Source of the DNA: Chthoniobacteraceae bacterium
GTDB taxonomy: Bacteria > Verrucomicrobiota > Verrucomicrobiia > Chthoniobacterales > Chthoniobacteraceae
Length of the DNA stretch: 36,508 nt
Reading direction: 5' to 3'
Assembly: GCA_040081625.1 (NCBI GenBank)
Contig: JBEBGD010000052.1
Location: 1 to 36,508 of the forward strand
The notes below the pieces were generated by a model, which ran no database searches, had not been told where the DNA came from, and saw only the letters and a list, made by a program, of their open reading frames with translations. The position numbers and the translations under genes were made by a program. Positions 8,739 through 17,172 of this stretch are shown here, in pieces (position 1 is the first letter of the stretch; every line of letters starts with the position of its first letter).

Positions 8739-9599
8739 ATGCGCCTTCCCATCCTCAAGACCTACAAGCTCTACATCGGCGGAAAATTCCCGCGCGGCGA
8801 GAGCGGTCGCGTGCGGCCCGCCTGCTCGCTCGATGGGAAAACACAGATCGCCAACTACTGCTCCGCTTCGCGAAAGGACTTCCGCGATGCAGTCGTCGCC
8901 GCGCGCAAGGCGCAGCCCGGCTGGGCGAAGGCGAGCGCTTACAACCGCGGCCAGATCCTTTACCGCGCCGCCGAGATGGCCGAGCTGCGCCGCGCCGAAC
9001 TCGAAGCGGAGCTGCGCCGCGCAGGAGCCCGCGATGCGGCGGGTGAAGTCGATGCCGCGATCGACCGCCTCGTCCACCACGCCGGATGGACCGACAAGTT
9101 CCAGCAGCTCTTCTCGACGGTGAACCCCGTCGCCACGCCACACTTCAACTTCACCTTCCCCGAGCCGACCGGCGTCGTCGTCGCTCTCTGCCCGGACTCC
9201 CCCTCCCTGCTCGGACTCGTCTCGCTCATCGCGCCCGCGATCCTCAGCGGCAACACCTGCATCGCCCTCGCATCGGAGATAGCGCCCCTCGTCGCGATCA
9301 CCTTCGCGGAGATCCTCGCCACGAGCGATCTGCCCGGCGGAGTCGTCAATATCCTCACCGGTTCGCGCGTGGAACTCGCGCCGCATTTCGCCAGTCACAT
9401 GGACGTGAATGCGATCACCGACGGCGGCGGCGATGAGGCCGTCGGCGCGACGTTGCGCGGCGGCTGCGCGATCAATCTCAAGCGCTATGCCGCCCGCTCG
9501 CTCGCGCCGAAGGAATGGTTCACGGCCTCGGCGGAGGATCCGTTCTGGATCCTCGATACCGTGGAAATGAAAACGGCCTGGCACCCGATCGGCCTTTAG
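8739..9599 (+). CDS. Short aldehyde dehydrogenase-family protein (NAD-binding-like domain only)
   Basis: KLYIGGKF, DAVVAARKA, EPTGVV, LPGGVVNILTG, C-terminal EMKTAW; 286 aa with no ELGG/catalytic Cys region. Confidence 0.85.
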   Translation: MRLPILKTYKLYIGGKFPRGESGRVRPACSLDGKTQIANYCSASRKDFRDAVVAARKAQPGWAKASAYNRGQILYRAAEMAELRRAELEAELRRAGARDAAGEVDAAIDRLVHHAGWTDKFQQLFSTVNPVATPHFNFTFPEPTGVVVALCPDSPSLLGLVSLIAPAILSGNTCIALASEIAPLVAITFAEILATSDLPGGVVNILTGSRVELAPHFASHMDVNAITDGGGDEAVGATLRGGCAINLKRYAARSLAPKEWFTASAEDPFWILDTVEMKTAWHPIGL

Positions 9600-10783
9600 T
9601 GAAGCTCCGCAACCAACTGCTCGCTCTCGCCTGCCTCGCGCTATTCGGCGCGCTCGGCGTGTTCTATTTCCGGTCATGGGTCGCGCCGAAGCCCTTCGGC
9701 ATCATCGTCTTCATCAGCGACGCGCTTTCCACCCGCCAACTCACCGCCGCACGGCTCTATGAAGGCGGCGCCGATCACCGGCTCGCGCTCGACGGCTTCC
9801 CGAACGCGGCGCTCGTGCGGAATGCGGCGCGCGACTTCGCAGTGCCCGATGCAGCCGCGGCTGCCAGCGCGATCGCCACCGGCCAGCGCGGCGCGCACCG
9901 CCAGCTAGCTCTCGATGCGGGCGGCGCGCCGCTGCGCACACTCGCCGAGATCGCCCGCCGCGAAGGGCGCTCGGTCGGCATCGTAACCAATGGCCGGCTG
10001 ACCGATCCCACCGTCGCCGCCTTCTACGCGCACCTCGCCGACAGTCGCGACAAGGCGGCGGTCGCCGCGCAGTTCGCGCTACAGACGACGCTCGATGTCG
10101 CGCTCGGCGGCGGCGCGAGCGACTTCCCGCCCGACGCGCTGAAGCAACGCGGTGCGATCTTCACGACGAAAGCAGAGCTCGAAGGCGCCGCGAATTTTCA
10201 GGACCGGCGCGTCGTCGGGCTCTTCGCGCCGGGCGATCTGCCGCACGCCGATCAAATCGAAAGCGGCAGCCAGCAGCCAAGCCTCGCCGACATGGTCCGG
10301 CGCGCGATCGAGTTTTTGCAGACCAACCGCAGCGGCTACCTGCTCGTCGTCGATACCGCGCTCGTGACCCGCGCAGCGGAAGGAAATGAAGGCGAACGCA
10401 CGCTCGTCGAGACGCTCGCGTTTGACCACGCCGTCGCGACCGCCACGCGCTACGCCGGGGAACGCTCGCTCATCGTCGCCGCGGGGAAACACGCGATCGG
10501 CGGCCTGACGCTGAACGGCTTTCCACTGCGACAGGATCACGGCATCGCGCTGCTCGGCATCAATCCCGCCGGCTACCCCACACTGACGTGGAGCACGGGC
10601 CCGAACGGTCCGCAGCCAAACCCGACACCCGCGGCTCGCAACGAACCCGCCGCCTTCGCGCAGCCAACCGCGCTCCTCACTGCCGAGGACATGGTCGTGC
10701 TCGCCCGCGGACAGGGAGCCGACAAGCTGCACGGCATCATCGACGCGACGGAGATCTTCGACCTGCTGCGCGGCGCGCTGTAG
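9599..10783 (+). CDS. Alkaline phosphatase (PhoA-fold) family protein, degenerate active site, N-terminal anchor
   Basis: GTG overlaps the upstream TAG. IIVFISD, VPDAAAAASAIATG, SVGIVTN, AAFYAH, DVALGGG, PSLADMVRRAIEFL follow PhoA motif order. Confidence 0.85.
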   Translation: MKLRNQLLALACLALFGALGVFYFRSWVAPKPFGIIVFISDALSTRQLTAARLYEGGADHRLALDGFPNAALVRNAARDFAVPDAAAAASAIATGQRGAHRQLALDAGGAPLRTLAEIARREGRSVGIVTNGRLTDPTVAAFYAHLADSRDKAAVAAQFALQTTLDVALGGGASDFPPDALKQRGAIFTTKAELEGAANFQDRRVVGLFAPGDLPHADQIESGSQQPSLADMVRRAIEFLQTNRSGYLLVVDTALVTRAAEGNEGERTLVETLAFDHAVATATRYAGERSLIVAAGKHAIGGLTLNGFPLRQDHGIALLGINPAGYPTLTWSTGPNGPQPNPTPAARNEPAAFAQPTALLTAEDMVVLARGQGADKLHGIIDATEIFDLLRGAL

Positions 10784-10798
10784 CCGCGGCTACAGCGC
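10775..10798. terminator. Perfect 24-bp palindrome across two convergent stop codons; possible bidirectional terminator hairpin
   Basis: GCGCTGTAGCCG|CGGCTACAGCGC; no U-tract. Confidence 0.4.
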
Positions 10799-11629
10799 TT
10801 CGAGAGCTGCGTGATCGATCGTCGTGAGCCGCTTGCGCCGCTGGCCGAGCTGCGGGATGCACTCGATGAGCGCACGCGTGTAGGGGTGCTGCGGGTTGCG
10901 CAGGACTTCCTCGGTCGCGCCTTGCTCGACGATCTTCCCGCGAAACATCACCGCCACGCGATCGGCGATGCCGCTGATGATTCCGAAGTTGTGCGTGATC
11001 AGGACGATCGCCATGTCGATCTTCGTCTTGAGGACCTTCAGCTCGTCGATGATCTGCGCCTGGATCGTCACATCGAGCGCGGTCGTCGGTTCATCGGCGA
11101 CGAGCAGATCCGGGTGGCACACGAGCGCCATCGCGATCATCGCGCGCTGCTGCATGCCGCCGCTGAGCTGGTGCGGGTAGTCGTTCATGCGCTGCGCCGG
11201 ATTCACGATGCCGACGAGATCGAGATACCGCACGATCTCCGCGTCCACGTCGCTCACGTCGGGCCGGTGCAGCCGGATCGCCTCGGCGATCTGCCAGCGG
11301 ATCGTGAAGACGGGATTGAGCGAGGTGCTCGGCTCCTGGAAAACATAAGCGATCCTCCGGCCGCGAATCTTGCGCAGCTCGTCCGGCTTCATCTTCAAGA
11401 CATCGCGGCCATCGAGCAGGATCTCGCCGCTCACATAACGCGCCGGCGGCTCGGGCAGCAGCCGCGTGAGCGCGAGCCCCGTGACGGATTTGCCGCTTCC
11501 GCTCTCACCGACAATCGCCAGCGTCTCGCCCTTTCGCACCGTGAAGTCGATGCCCTTGAGCGCTTCGACGACGCCGGTCTCCATTTCAAAGTGGATGGCG
11601 AGGTTGCGGACTTCGATCAGCGGGGACAT
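10790..11629 (-). CDS. Oligopeptide/dipeptide ABC transporter ATP-binding subunit (OppD/DppD-like)
   Basis: [40 protein letters not shown]. Confidence 0.93.
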   Translation of the reverse strand: MSPLIEVRNLAIHFEMETGVVEALKGIDFTVRKGETLAIVGESGSGKSVTGLALTRLLPEPPARYVSGEILLDGRDVLKMKPDELRKIRGRRIAYVFQEPSTSLNPVFTIRWQIAEAIRLHRPDVSDVDAEIVRYLDLVGIVNPAQRMNDYPHQLSGGMQQRAMIAMALVCHPDLLVADEPTTALDVTIQAQIIDELKVLKTKIDMAIVLITHNFGIISGIADRVAVMFRGKIVEQGATEEVLRNPQHPYTRALIECIPQLGQRRKRLTTIDHAALEAL

Positions 11630-11656
11630 GCGGTTGCCTTTTAGATTAGCAGCGGC

Positions 11657-12409
11657 TCAGCGCAAGATCGCAGCAGCCTCATCCGGCGACGGCAGCCCCC
11701 ACACCTTCCACTTCGCCGCATACTCCTCGCGCGGCAGCAGCGCGTAGTGCGGGCGCTTCGGGGCGCGCAGCCAGCTGATCAACTCCACGAGGTTCTCCTC
11801 CGCCATCGTGGTGCAGCCTGCGCTCGGCCGCTGCGGCCCGCGGCGGATGTGGAAAAAAATCGCGCTGCCCGCGCCGGCGAGCGGCGGGTCGGAGTTGTGG
11901 CGGATCTCGACGAGCCAGCGATACGCGAAGTCGCCGTGCCGCATTTTCTGCTTCGCGAACCAGGGCGGCGGCCTCGCCGGATCGATCGTCACATGCTTGT
12001 TGTAGTCGGGATGATTCACGTCGTCGATCCACGCGTCGGCGATGGTGACGGTGTGAAACGGAAAGTCCGCACCCGCCGGCAGCTTGGCGTCGTAGGTGTA
12101 GATCTTTCCGATGCGGAAGACGCCCGCGGGTGCGCGGCCATCGCGCTCGATCTTGTGCCGGCCGGGTTCATCCGTGCCGAGCACGCCGCGGCCCCACACG
12201 AGTCCGCTCTTTCCGTAAAGGACCGGCACCGGCGGCGCGACCGCCTTCCACCCTCGGCCTGCTTTCTCAAAGCGCTGCAACTTCCCGCTCGTCGAATCCC
12301 ACGACGGCGCGACGGAGACGACAAGCTGGTCCGCGCCGTCGAGCGGAGCCGCGTGCAAGCTTGCGGCGAGGGCCACGAACGCGCACACGATGGCGGCGTT
12401 GAAATTCAT
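11657..12409 (-). CDS. Secreted L,D-transpeptidase (YkuD-like) family protein
   Basis: Signal peptide ending SLHA-AP; KIERDGRAPAGVF; catalytic GSAIFFH...SAGC; start uncertain. Confidence 0.8.
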   Translation of the reverse strand: MNFNAAIVCAFVALAASLHAAPLDGADQLVVSVAPSWDSTSGKLQRFEKAGRGWKAVAPPVPVLYGKSGLVWGRGVLGTDEPGRHKIERDGRAPAGVFRIGKIYTYDAKLPAGADFPFHTVTIADAWIDDVNHPDYNKHVTIDPARPPPWFAKQKMRHGDFAYRWLVEIRHNSDPPLAGAGSAIFFHIRRGPQRPSAGCTTMAEENLVELISWLRAPKRPHYALLPREEYAAKWKVWGLPSPDEAAAILR

Positions 12410-14057
12410 CCATCGCTTCGGAGCCATATTTCTGATCATCGCGGCGACGTTCGTCGTTTACGCGCCCGCGCTCCGCAACGGCTTTGTCTGGGACGACACC
12501 GCGCTCGTGCTGCGCGATCCGCTCGTCCGCTCGTGGCGGCTGATCCCGGAAGGGTTCGGCCATTTTCTGTTCATCGATGCGACCGGCTCGAACTTCTATC
12601 GCCCGCTGCAACGGCTCACGTTCACCGCCGACTACGCGGCGTGGGGCTTCGGAAATCCGGGTGGCTGGCACTTCACGAGCATTGCGATCCACGCCGCGGC
12701 GGCGGTCGCGCTCTACGCGCTGCTGCGTCGGCTTTTTGGCAAAGACCGCTGGCCGGTCACCGCCGCGATCGTCTGGGCGGTGCATCCGCTTCACACATCA
12801 GCCGTCACCTACGTTGCCGGTCGTGCCGATCTGCTCGCGGCGCTGTTCGGATTCACCGGGCTGTGGCTGGCGCTGAGTGAAAACAAACGCGCGCACATTC
12901 TCGCCGCGCTGTGCTTTCTCGGCGCGATGCTCTCGAAGGAAAGTGGCTCGATGTTTCTCGTCATCGCCGGCGTGGTGCTCGCGTGGCGCCGCGCGCCGTG
13001 GGTGCGGTGGTCGGTGCTGCTCGTCGCCGTGCTTTCGATCTACGGCACGCTGCGTTTCACCGCGCACAAGACTCCGCCACCACAGCCGCGCCCGTCGCCG
13101 CTCTACGCGCGACCGGCGCTCATCGCGCGCGCGGCATCCGAATACGCCGGACTCATCATCGCGCCCGTGACCTTGCGCATGGAGCGCGACGTCCGACCCG
13201 GCCCCGCGCCACTGCTGCTCGGCGTGCTGCTGGTCGCCGGCGGGCTCTGGTGGTGTCGCCGCGCCGACTCCGACACGCGCCTCGCGCTGACCGCCGCGAC
13301 GGTCGCGTATTTGCCGATCAGCAATCTCCTCCCGCTCAACGCCACAGTCGCCGAGCACTGGCTCTACGTGCCGGGCGCCTTCCTCGCAACCGCCGCAGCG
13401 CTCTCGCTGCGCCGACTCCCGCGAGCGCCGGTCTGCATCGTCCTCGCCGCATGGACGACACTCCTCGCCGTCCGCACATGGACGCGACAGGCCGACTGGC
13501 GCGACCAGCGCACCTTCCTCACCCGCACCATCGCCACCGGTGGCGACTCCGCTCGGATGCGCGTGAACCTGGGCAATCTCGAAGCCAGCAAAGGCCGCCA
13601 CGAAACCGCGCTCGCGGAATACGCCATCGCGCTCGAACACCGGCCCGACCTCTCGTTCGCCCATCTCGGCGTCGCCGCAGCACAGATCAACCTCGGCCAT
13701 TTCGCAGACGCCCGCGCCGCGCTCGATCGCACCGCCGGACTCGAAGCCGAGAAACTCCAACTCCGCGCCGCGCTCGACTTCGCGGAAAAGAACATCGATC
13801 CCGTCCCGTCGTATCGCGCCGCCGCCGATCTTTCGCCGCTGAACTGGCCCCTGCGCCGCCGCGCGATCACCGCGCTCGCGCAGAGCGGCCGCCTGCCCGA
13901 CGCCATCCGAGAGCTGCACACATTTCTCGCATCGCAGGATTTTCGCGCGGACTCCTGGCTGCTGCTAGCCGACCTGCTCACGCAAGCCGGCCAGCCGAAG
14001 CTCGCGGACGCAGCACACGCCGAGGCCCACCGGTGCGATGTGCGGCTCGCGCGCTGA
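12390..14057 (+). CDS. TMTC-like membrane glycosyltransferase (GT-C, putative protein O-mannosyltransferase) with C-terminal TPRs
   Basis: FVWDD, FYRPL, HPLHTSAV..GRADLL, SKESG, AEHWLYVP, multiple TMs, TPR-like tail. Confidence 0.8.
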   Translation: MAALKFIHRFGAIFLIIAATFVVYAPALRNGFVWDDTALVLRDPLVRSWRLIPEGFGHFLFIDATGSNFYRPLQRLTFTADYAAWGFGNPGGWHFTSIAIHAAAAVALYALLRRLFGKDRWPVTAAIVWAVHPLHTSAVTYVAGRADLLAALFGFTGLWLALSENKRAHILAALCFLGAMLSKESGSMFLVIAGVVLAWRRAPWVRWSVLLVAVLSIYGTLRFTAHKTPPPQPRPSPLYARPALIARAASEYAGLIIAPVTLRMERDVRPGPAPLLLGVLLVAGGLWWCRRADSDTRLALTAATVAYLPISNLLPLNATVAEHWLYVPGAFLATAAALSLRRLPRAPVCIVLAAWTTLLAVRTWTRQADWRDQRTFLTRTIATGGDSARMRVNLGNLEASKGRHETALAEYAIALEHRPDLSFAHLGVAAAQINLGHFADARAALDRTAGLEAEKLQLRAALDFAEKNIDPVPSYRAAADLSPLNWPLRRRAITALAQSGRLPDAIRELHTFLASQDFRADSWLLLADLLTQAGQPKLADAAHAEAHRCDVRLAR

Positions 14058-14136
14058 TACGACGAAGCGGGGTCGCCTTCTCCCAAGCGTTGCTGGATTG
14101 AGCCAATGCGCGCGTGCAGGAATCCCAACTGGCGCT

Positions 14137-15084
14137 CTAGCCCGGATACGGCTTGAACTTGAATCGCCGCGGCTTCTCGTGCCGCAGCTTCGCGTCGAGG
14201 AAGCGCAGCAGTTCGTTCCATGCGTGGCGGGTCGAGCGCGGTTTGCCGTCGAGATAGCAACCGCTGAGGACCGAATGAGATCGCGGATTCATTTGATCAC
14301 CTTCGACGTAAAGGCTCGCGGGGATGGTGCCGTCGATGATGCAATCGCTGCCGAGTTCGCACTTCAGCCGCGCGAGCCGGACGGAAGGCGACGCGCTGTC
14401 GCACTCGAAGCGATAGACGAGCACTTGCGGTGCGTCCCCGCGCCGGGCGAGCGAGCGAATGCGCTCCATGTCCACGGGCGAGATTCCCGAGTCTGCCTTC
14501 GGATAGAATGGACTGGCCGGCTGGCTCAATACCGGCGCCACGACCGTGCGCGGCATGCGCGCCGCAAGCGCGAGGGGAACAGGGCCGCTGATGCAGTTAC
14601 CAATCACGCTGATCGGTTCACCGGGGTGATCCCGTGCGATGCGATTGACGATGAGCGCGTGCATTTCGCCGACGATGCCGCGATCGACGCGCCCGCCGAT
14701 GGTCCGCCAGTCGCGACTGAAAACCGACCAGGCGAGGCGCCGGATCGCGAGCGACTTGGACCGGGCATCGTCGTCGATGGATCCCCAGAGCAGCGGGACA
14801 TACACGTCGTAACCCTTGCCGCCTAGCCGGTCCGCGAGATCCAGGACGCTGCCGCTCAGTGCGGGAATCTCGTGGAGCAGGAGCACCGGCGGTCCGGACC
14901 GCGAGCGACGCGAGCGATACACGTCGAAGCTCCGTGTGAGTGCCTTCTCGCTCGACTTCTCGAACCGTGGAAGCAGCGCGGACTTCAGCTTGGTGTCGCT
15001 GCGCTTTGCATCGCACGGATGCACACACGCCGGGATCGTGAGCGCCGCCAGTGCCACTGAAACGAGGCGAAGCAGAAGTCTCAC
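14137..15084 (-). CDS. Dienelactone hydrolase-like alpha/beta hydrolase, putative lipoprotein
   Basis: LLLHEIP, Cys nucleophile elbow GNCISG, candidate Asp (FECD) and His (SHSVL); lipobox-like IPAC. Confidence 0.7.
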   Translation of the reverse strand: MRLLLRLVSVALAALTIPACVHPCDAKRSDTKLKSALLPRFEKSSEKALTRSFDVYRSRRSRSGPPVLLLHEIPALSGSVLDLADRLGGKGYDVYVPLLWGSIDDDARSKSLAIRRLAWSVFSRDWRTIGGRVDRGIVGEMHALIVNRIARDHPGEPISVIGNCISGPVPLALAARMPRTVVAPVLSQPASPFYPKADSGISPVDMERIRSLARRGDAPQVLVYRFECDSASPSVRLARLKCELGSDCIIDGTIPASLYVEGDQMNPRSHSVLSGCYLDGKPRSTRHAWNELLRFLDAKLRHEKPRRFKFKPYPG

Positions 15085-16586
15085 GGCGCGCGCTGGAGCA
15101 TTTGCCGCAGACTCGCGGCTGCCTCGGCATCCTTTAGGATTCGCACGGGTTGCCGCTTTTCGCCCCGGGCGAGAGGCAACTGCTGGCGGAAGAGCGCGCC
15201 GATCAGCGCCACGGATTGATCGCTCCAGATGCCTCCGTGATCGTCGATGATTTCCTCCGGCACGTTGATGACCTTGTAGAGCGAGCGGCGGCTTTCATCG
15301 AAAACGAAGCGCCACCGCCTCCAATCTCCGCTGGCTGCGGCCCGGCTCGCAGGATCGAAGACGTCGTCCTTGCACTCGATCAGCTCGTGGCCATCGTTTT
15401 CTCCACGCGTGAAGAAGACGTCGCCGACGAGGTCGCGCCCGACATTGAGTTCGAGCGCGCTGGCATCCCTGTAGATCTGCGGAATGTCGGACGGTTTTGC
15501 GAAGCCAAGTGGTTCGACTCGCATATTGATCAGGTCGCGATTGTTCGTGACCGAAGAGGTGTTGAATTCGCCTTCCCACGCGGTTCGTCCGGGCTCGTAG
15601 GGGATCGGGCGGCGAGTAAACCAGTTCACCGGCTTTCCACCGAGCACGTCGTCCTCGAAGAGACCGAACATCTGGAGCTTGAAGACGGAACCGAGCCAGT
15701 TGCCGAGGGGCAGCGCAACTTTCGTCGCCCGGTCGTTTGCCGCACCGACCGCAATCAGCACGGAGCGGTGCGCGGGGATGACGACGGAGCGCTGCTTCCG
15801 GGCGACGAAGCCCTTTCCCGCTTCGTAGGTGAATGCCTCGTCGAGCTTTTCGAGCAACCCACGACTGTAGGCGGCCCGGTTGGCGCAGTTCAGTGTGATG
15901 GCGAGATCCCACGTGATCGCGTCCTCACTGCCGGTTTCGAGCCCGTCTTCGATGGCCTGACCGATAGTCTCCTCAAGGACGAGGCCCCCAAATGAGTGGC
16001 CTAGAAGCACCGACTGGCACCCGACTCCGCGGGCACGCACCGATTCCACCTCCCGCCCCAACTGCCTGACAGCAGCGAGCAATGATGTGCCGGCGCCGAC
16101 CTTCTTCCCGTTGGCAAGCAGGTGCCCGGCATCCTCGCGATCCCAGTAGGAGAAGGTATTCACGAACGAAAGCTTCCCAAGCCTCTCGGCATCCACGCTC
16201 TCACCGCGCCAGCCCACATAGACTCCCACGATTTCGTGGCCGTGCGCACGGACGATCGGCGTATTCGCCAGGCCGTGGATGAACCGCTCGAACCGGCACA
16301 CGTCCTTGGATTTCGAGCTGTTGTGCCAGCCATGCACATAGACGACCACGATCGGCTTCCTGGCCTTGCGGATGAGCTTGCCCGCCTCCGCGAGCTGCCT
16401 CTCGTCCTGCGCGTATCCGTCCTCGTGAAACTCGACGAACGCGAGATTGTAGTTGTGTTGCACGCCGTTCCGCACCGACTCCGCGGGCGGCGTTTCGTCG
16501 TTGCGATAATACGCCGACTTCGTCGTGCAACCGGTGATGGAGAGCGCGGCGGTGATGGACGCCGCGAGCAGTGTGCGAGGTTTCAT
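15081..16586 (-). CDS. Alpha/beta hydrolase (esterase/lipase-like) lipoprotein
   Basis: Lipobox ITG-C; FVEFHEDG, YVHGWHN, GHSFGG nucleophile, late DDHGGIW His. Confidence 0.75.
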   Translation of the reverse strand: MKPRTLLAASITAALSITGCTTKSAYYRNDETPPAESVRNGVQHNYNLAFVEFHEDGYAQDERQLAEAGKLIRKARKPIVVVYVHGWHNSSKSKDVCRFERFIHGLANTPIVRAHGHEIVGVYVGWRGESVDAERLGKLSFVNTFSYWDREDAGHLLANGKKVGAGTSLLAAVRQLGREVESVRARGVGCQSVLLGHSFGGLVLEETIGQAIEDGLETGSEDAITWDLAITLNCANRAAYSRGLLEKLDEAFTYEAGKGFVARKQRSVVIPAHRSVLIAVGAANDRATKVALPLGNWLGSVFKLQMFGLFEDDVLGGKPVNWFTRRPIPYEPGRTAWEGEFNTSSVTNNRDLINMRVEPLGFAKPSDIPQIYRDASALELNVGRDLVGDVFFTRGENDGHELIECKDDVFDPASRAAASGDWRRWRFVFDESRRSLYKVINVPEEIIDDHGGIWSDQSVALIGALFRQQLPLARGEKRQPVRILKDAEAAASLRQMLQRAP

Positions 16587-16605
16587 GGCAGCGGGTGAGT
16601 TCGAG

Positions 16606-17016
16606 TTAGTGAAGGCTGAGGTTCTGCCGGTCTTTGTTGAGGAAATCCGCTCCGTCGAGACCGATGCGGATTCCGCCGAGGATGAATGTTTCGTCCTTCC
16701 TGGCTCCGTCGACTTCTTCGCCGGCGGAAAGCGTGAACCCCATGGTGTCGGAGATCTGCTTTTCCGCCGAGGTCGAGTAGCGGATCGCATCGTCTCTTCC
16801 TCGCTCCTCCTGCCGAAGCTTCACGTAGCCAACGCTCGCGGTCACATTGAAGCTCCGCGCGCCGAACTGAAGTCCTGCGACCGTGAGCAATGAATCCTCG
16901 TGGACGAAGCCATTGCTCGCACGGCTCACCGCCCCGCCCGGCAGCGGCAGCGCGTCGGCTTCGGAGATCATGAAGCTGTCCTGATACCGGCCGTGGAGCA
17001 GGAAGGAATGGTTCAT
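16606..17016 (-). CDS. Hypothetical beta-strand-rich protein, possibly a gene remnant
   Basis: Amphipathic beta-like segments (FNVTASVGYV, MGFTLSAG, FILGGIRIGL); no signal peptide; ends 19 nt before the hydrolase start. Confidence 0.4.
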   Translation of the reverse strand: MNHSFLLHGRYQDSFMISEADALPLPGGAVSRASNGFVHEDSLLTVAGLQFGARSFNVTASVGYVKLRQEERGRDDAIRYSTSAEKQISDTMGFTLSAGEEVDGARKDETFILGGIRIGLDGADFLNKDRQNLSLH

Positions 17017-17172
17017 CGGGAACGTAGCGTGCAGAGCCGCCGCGCAGATTGACAATCGGGTTCATTCCCGAAAACGAATGGGTGGAATCCCTCGCGTTCC
17101 GATACGCCACCTACGCCGCCTCCAGCTTTCGCTTGCACCGCGCGGCTAATCCGCTGTCCTACGCGCCTCTCC

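Noticed and set aside
17049..17071. Perfect TTGACA and small TCGGG/CCCGA hairpin upstream of moxR
   Set aside because: No plausible -10 at 16-18 nt; stem only 5 bp
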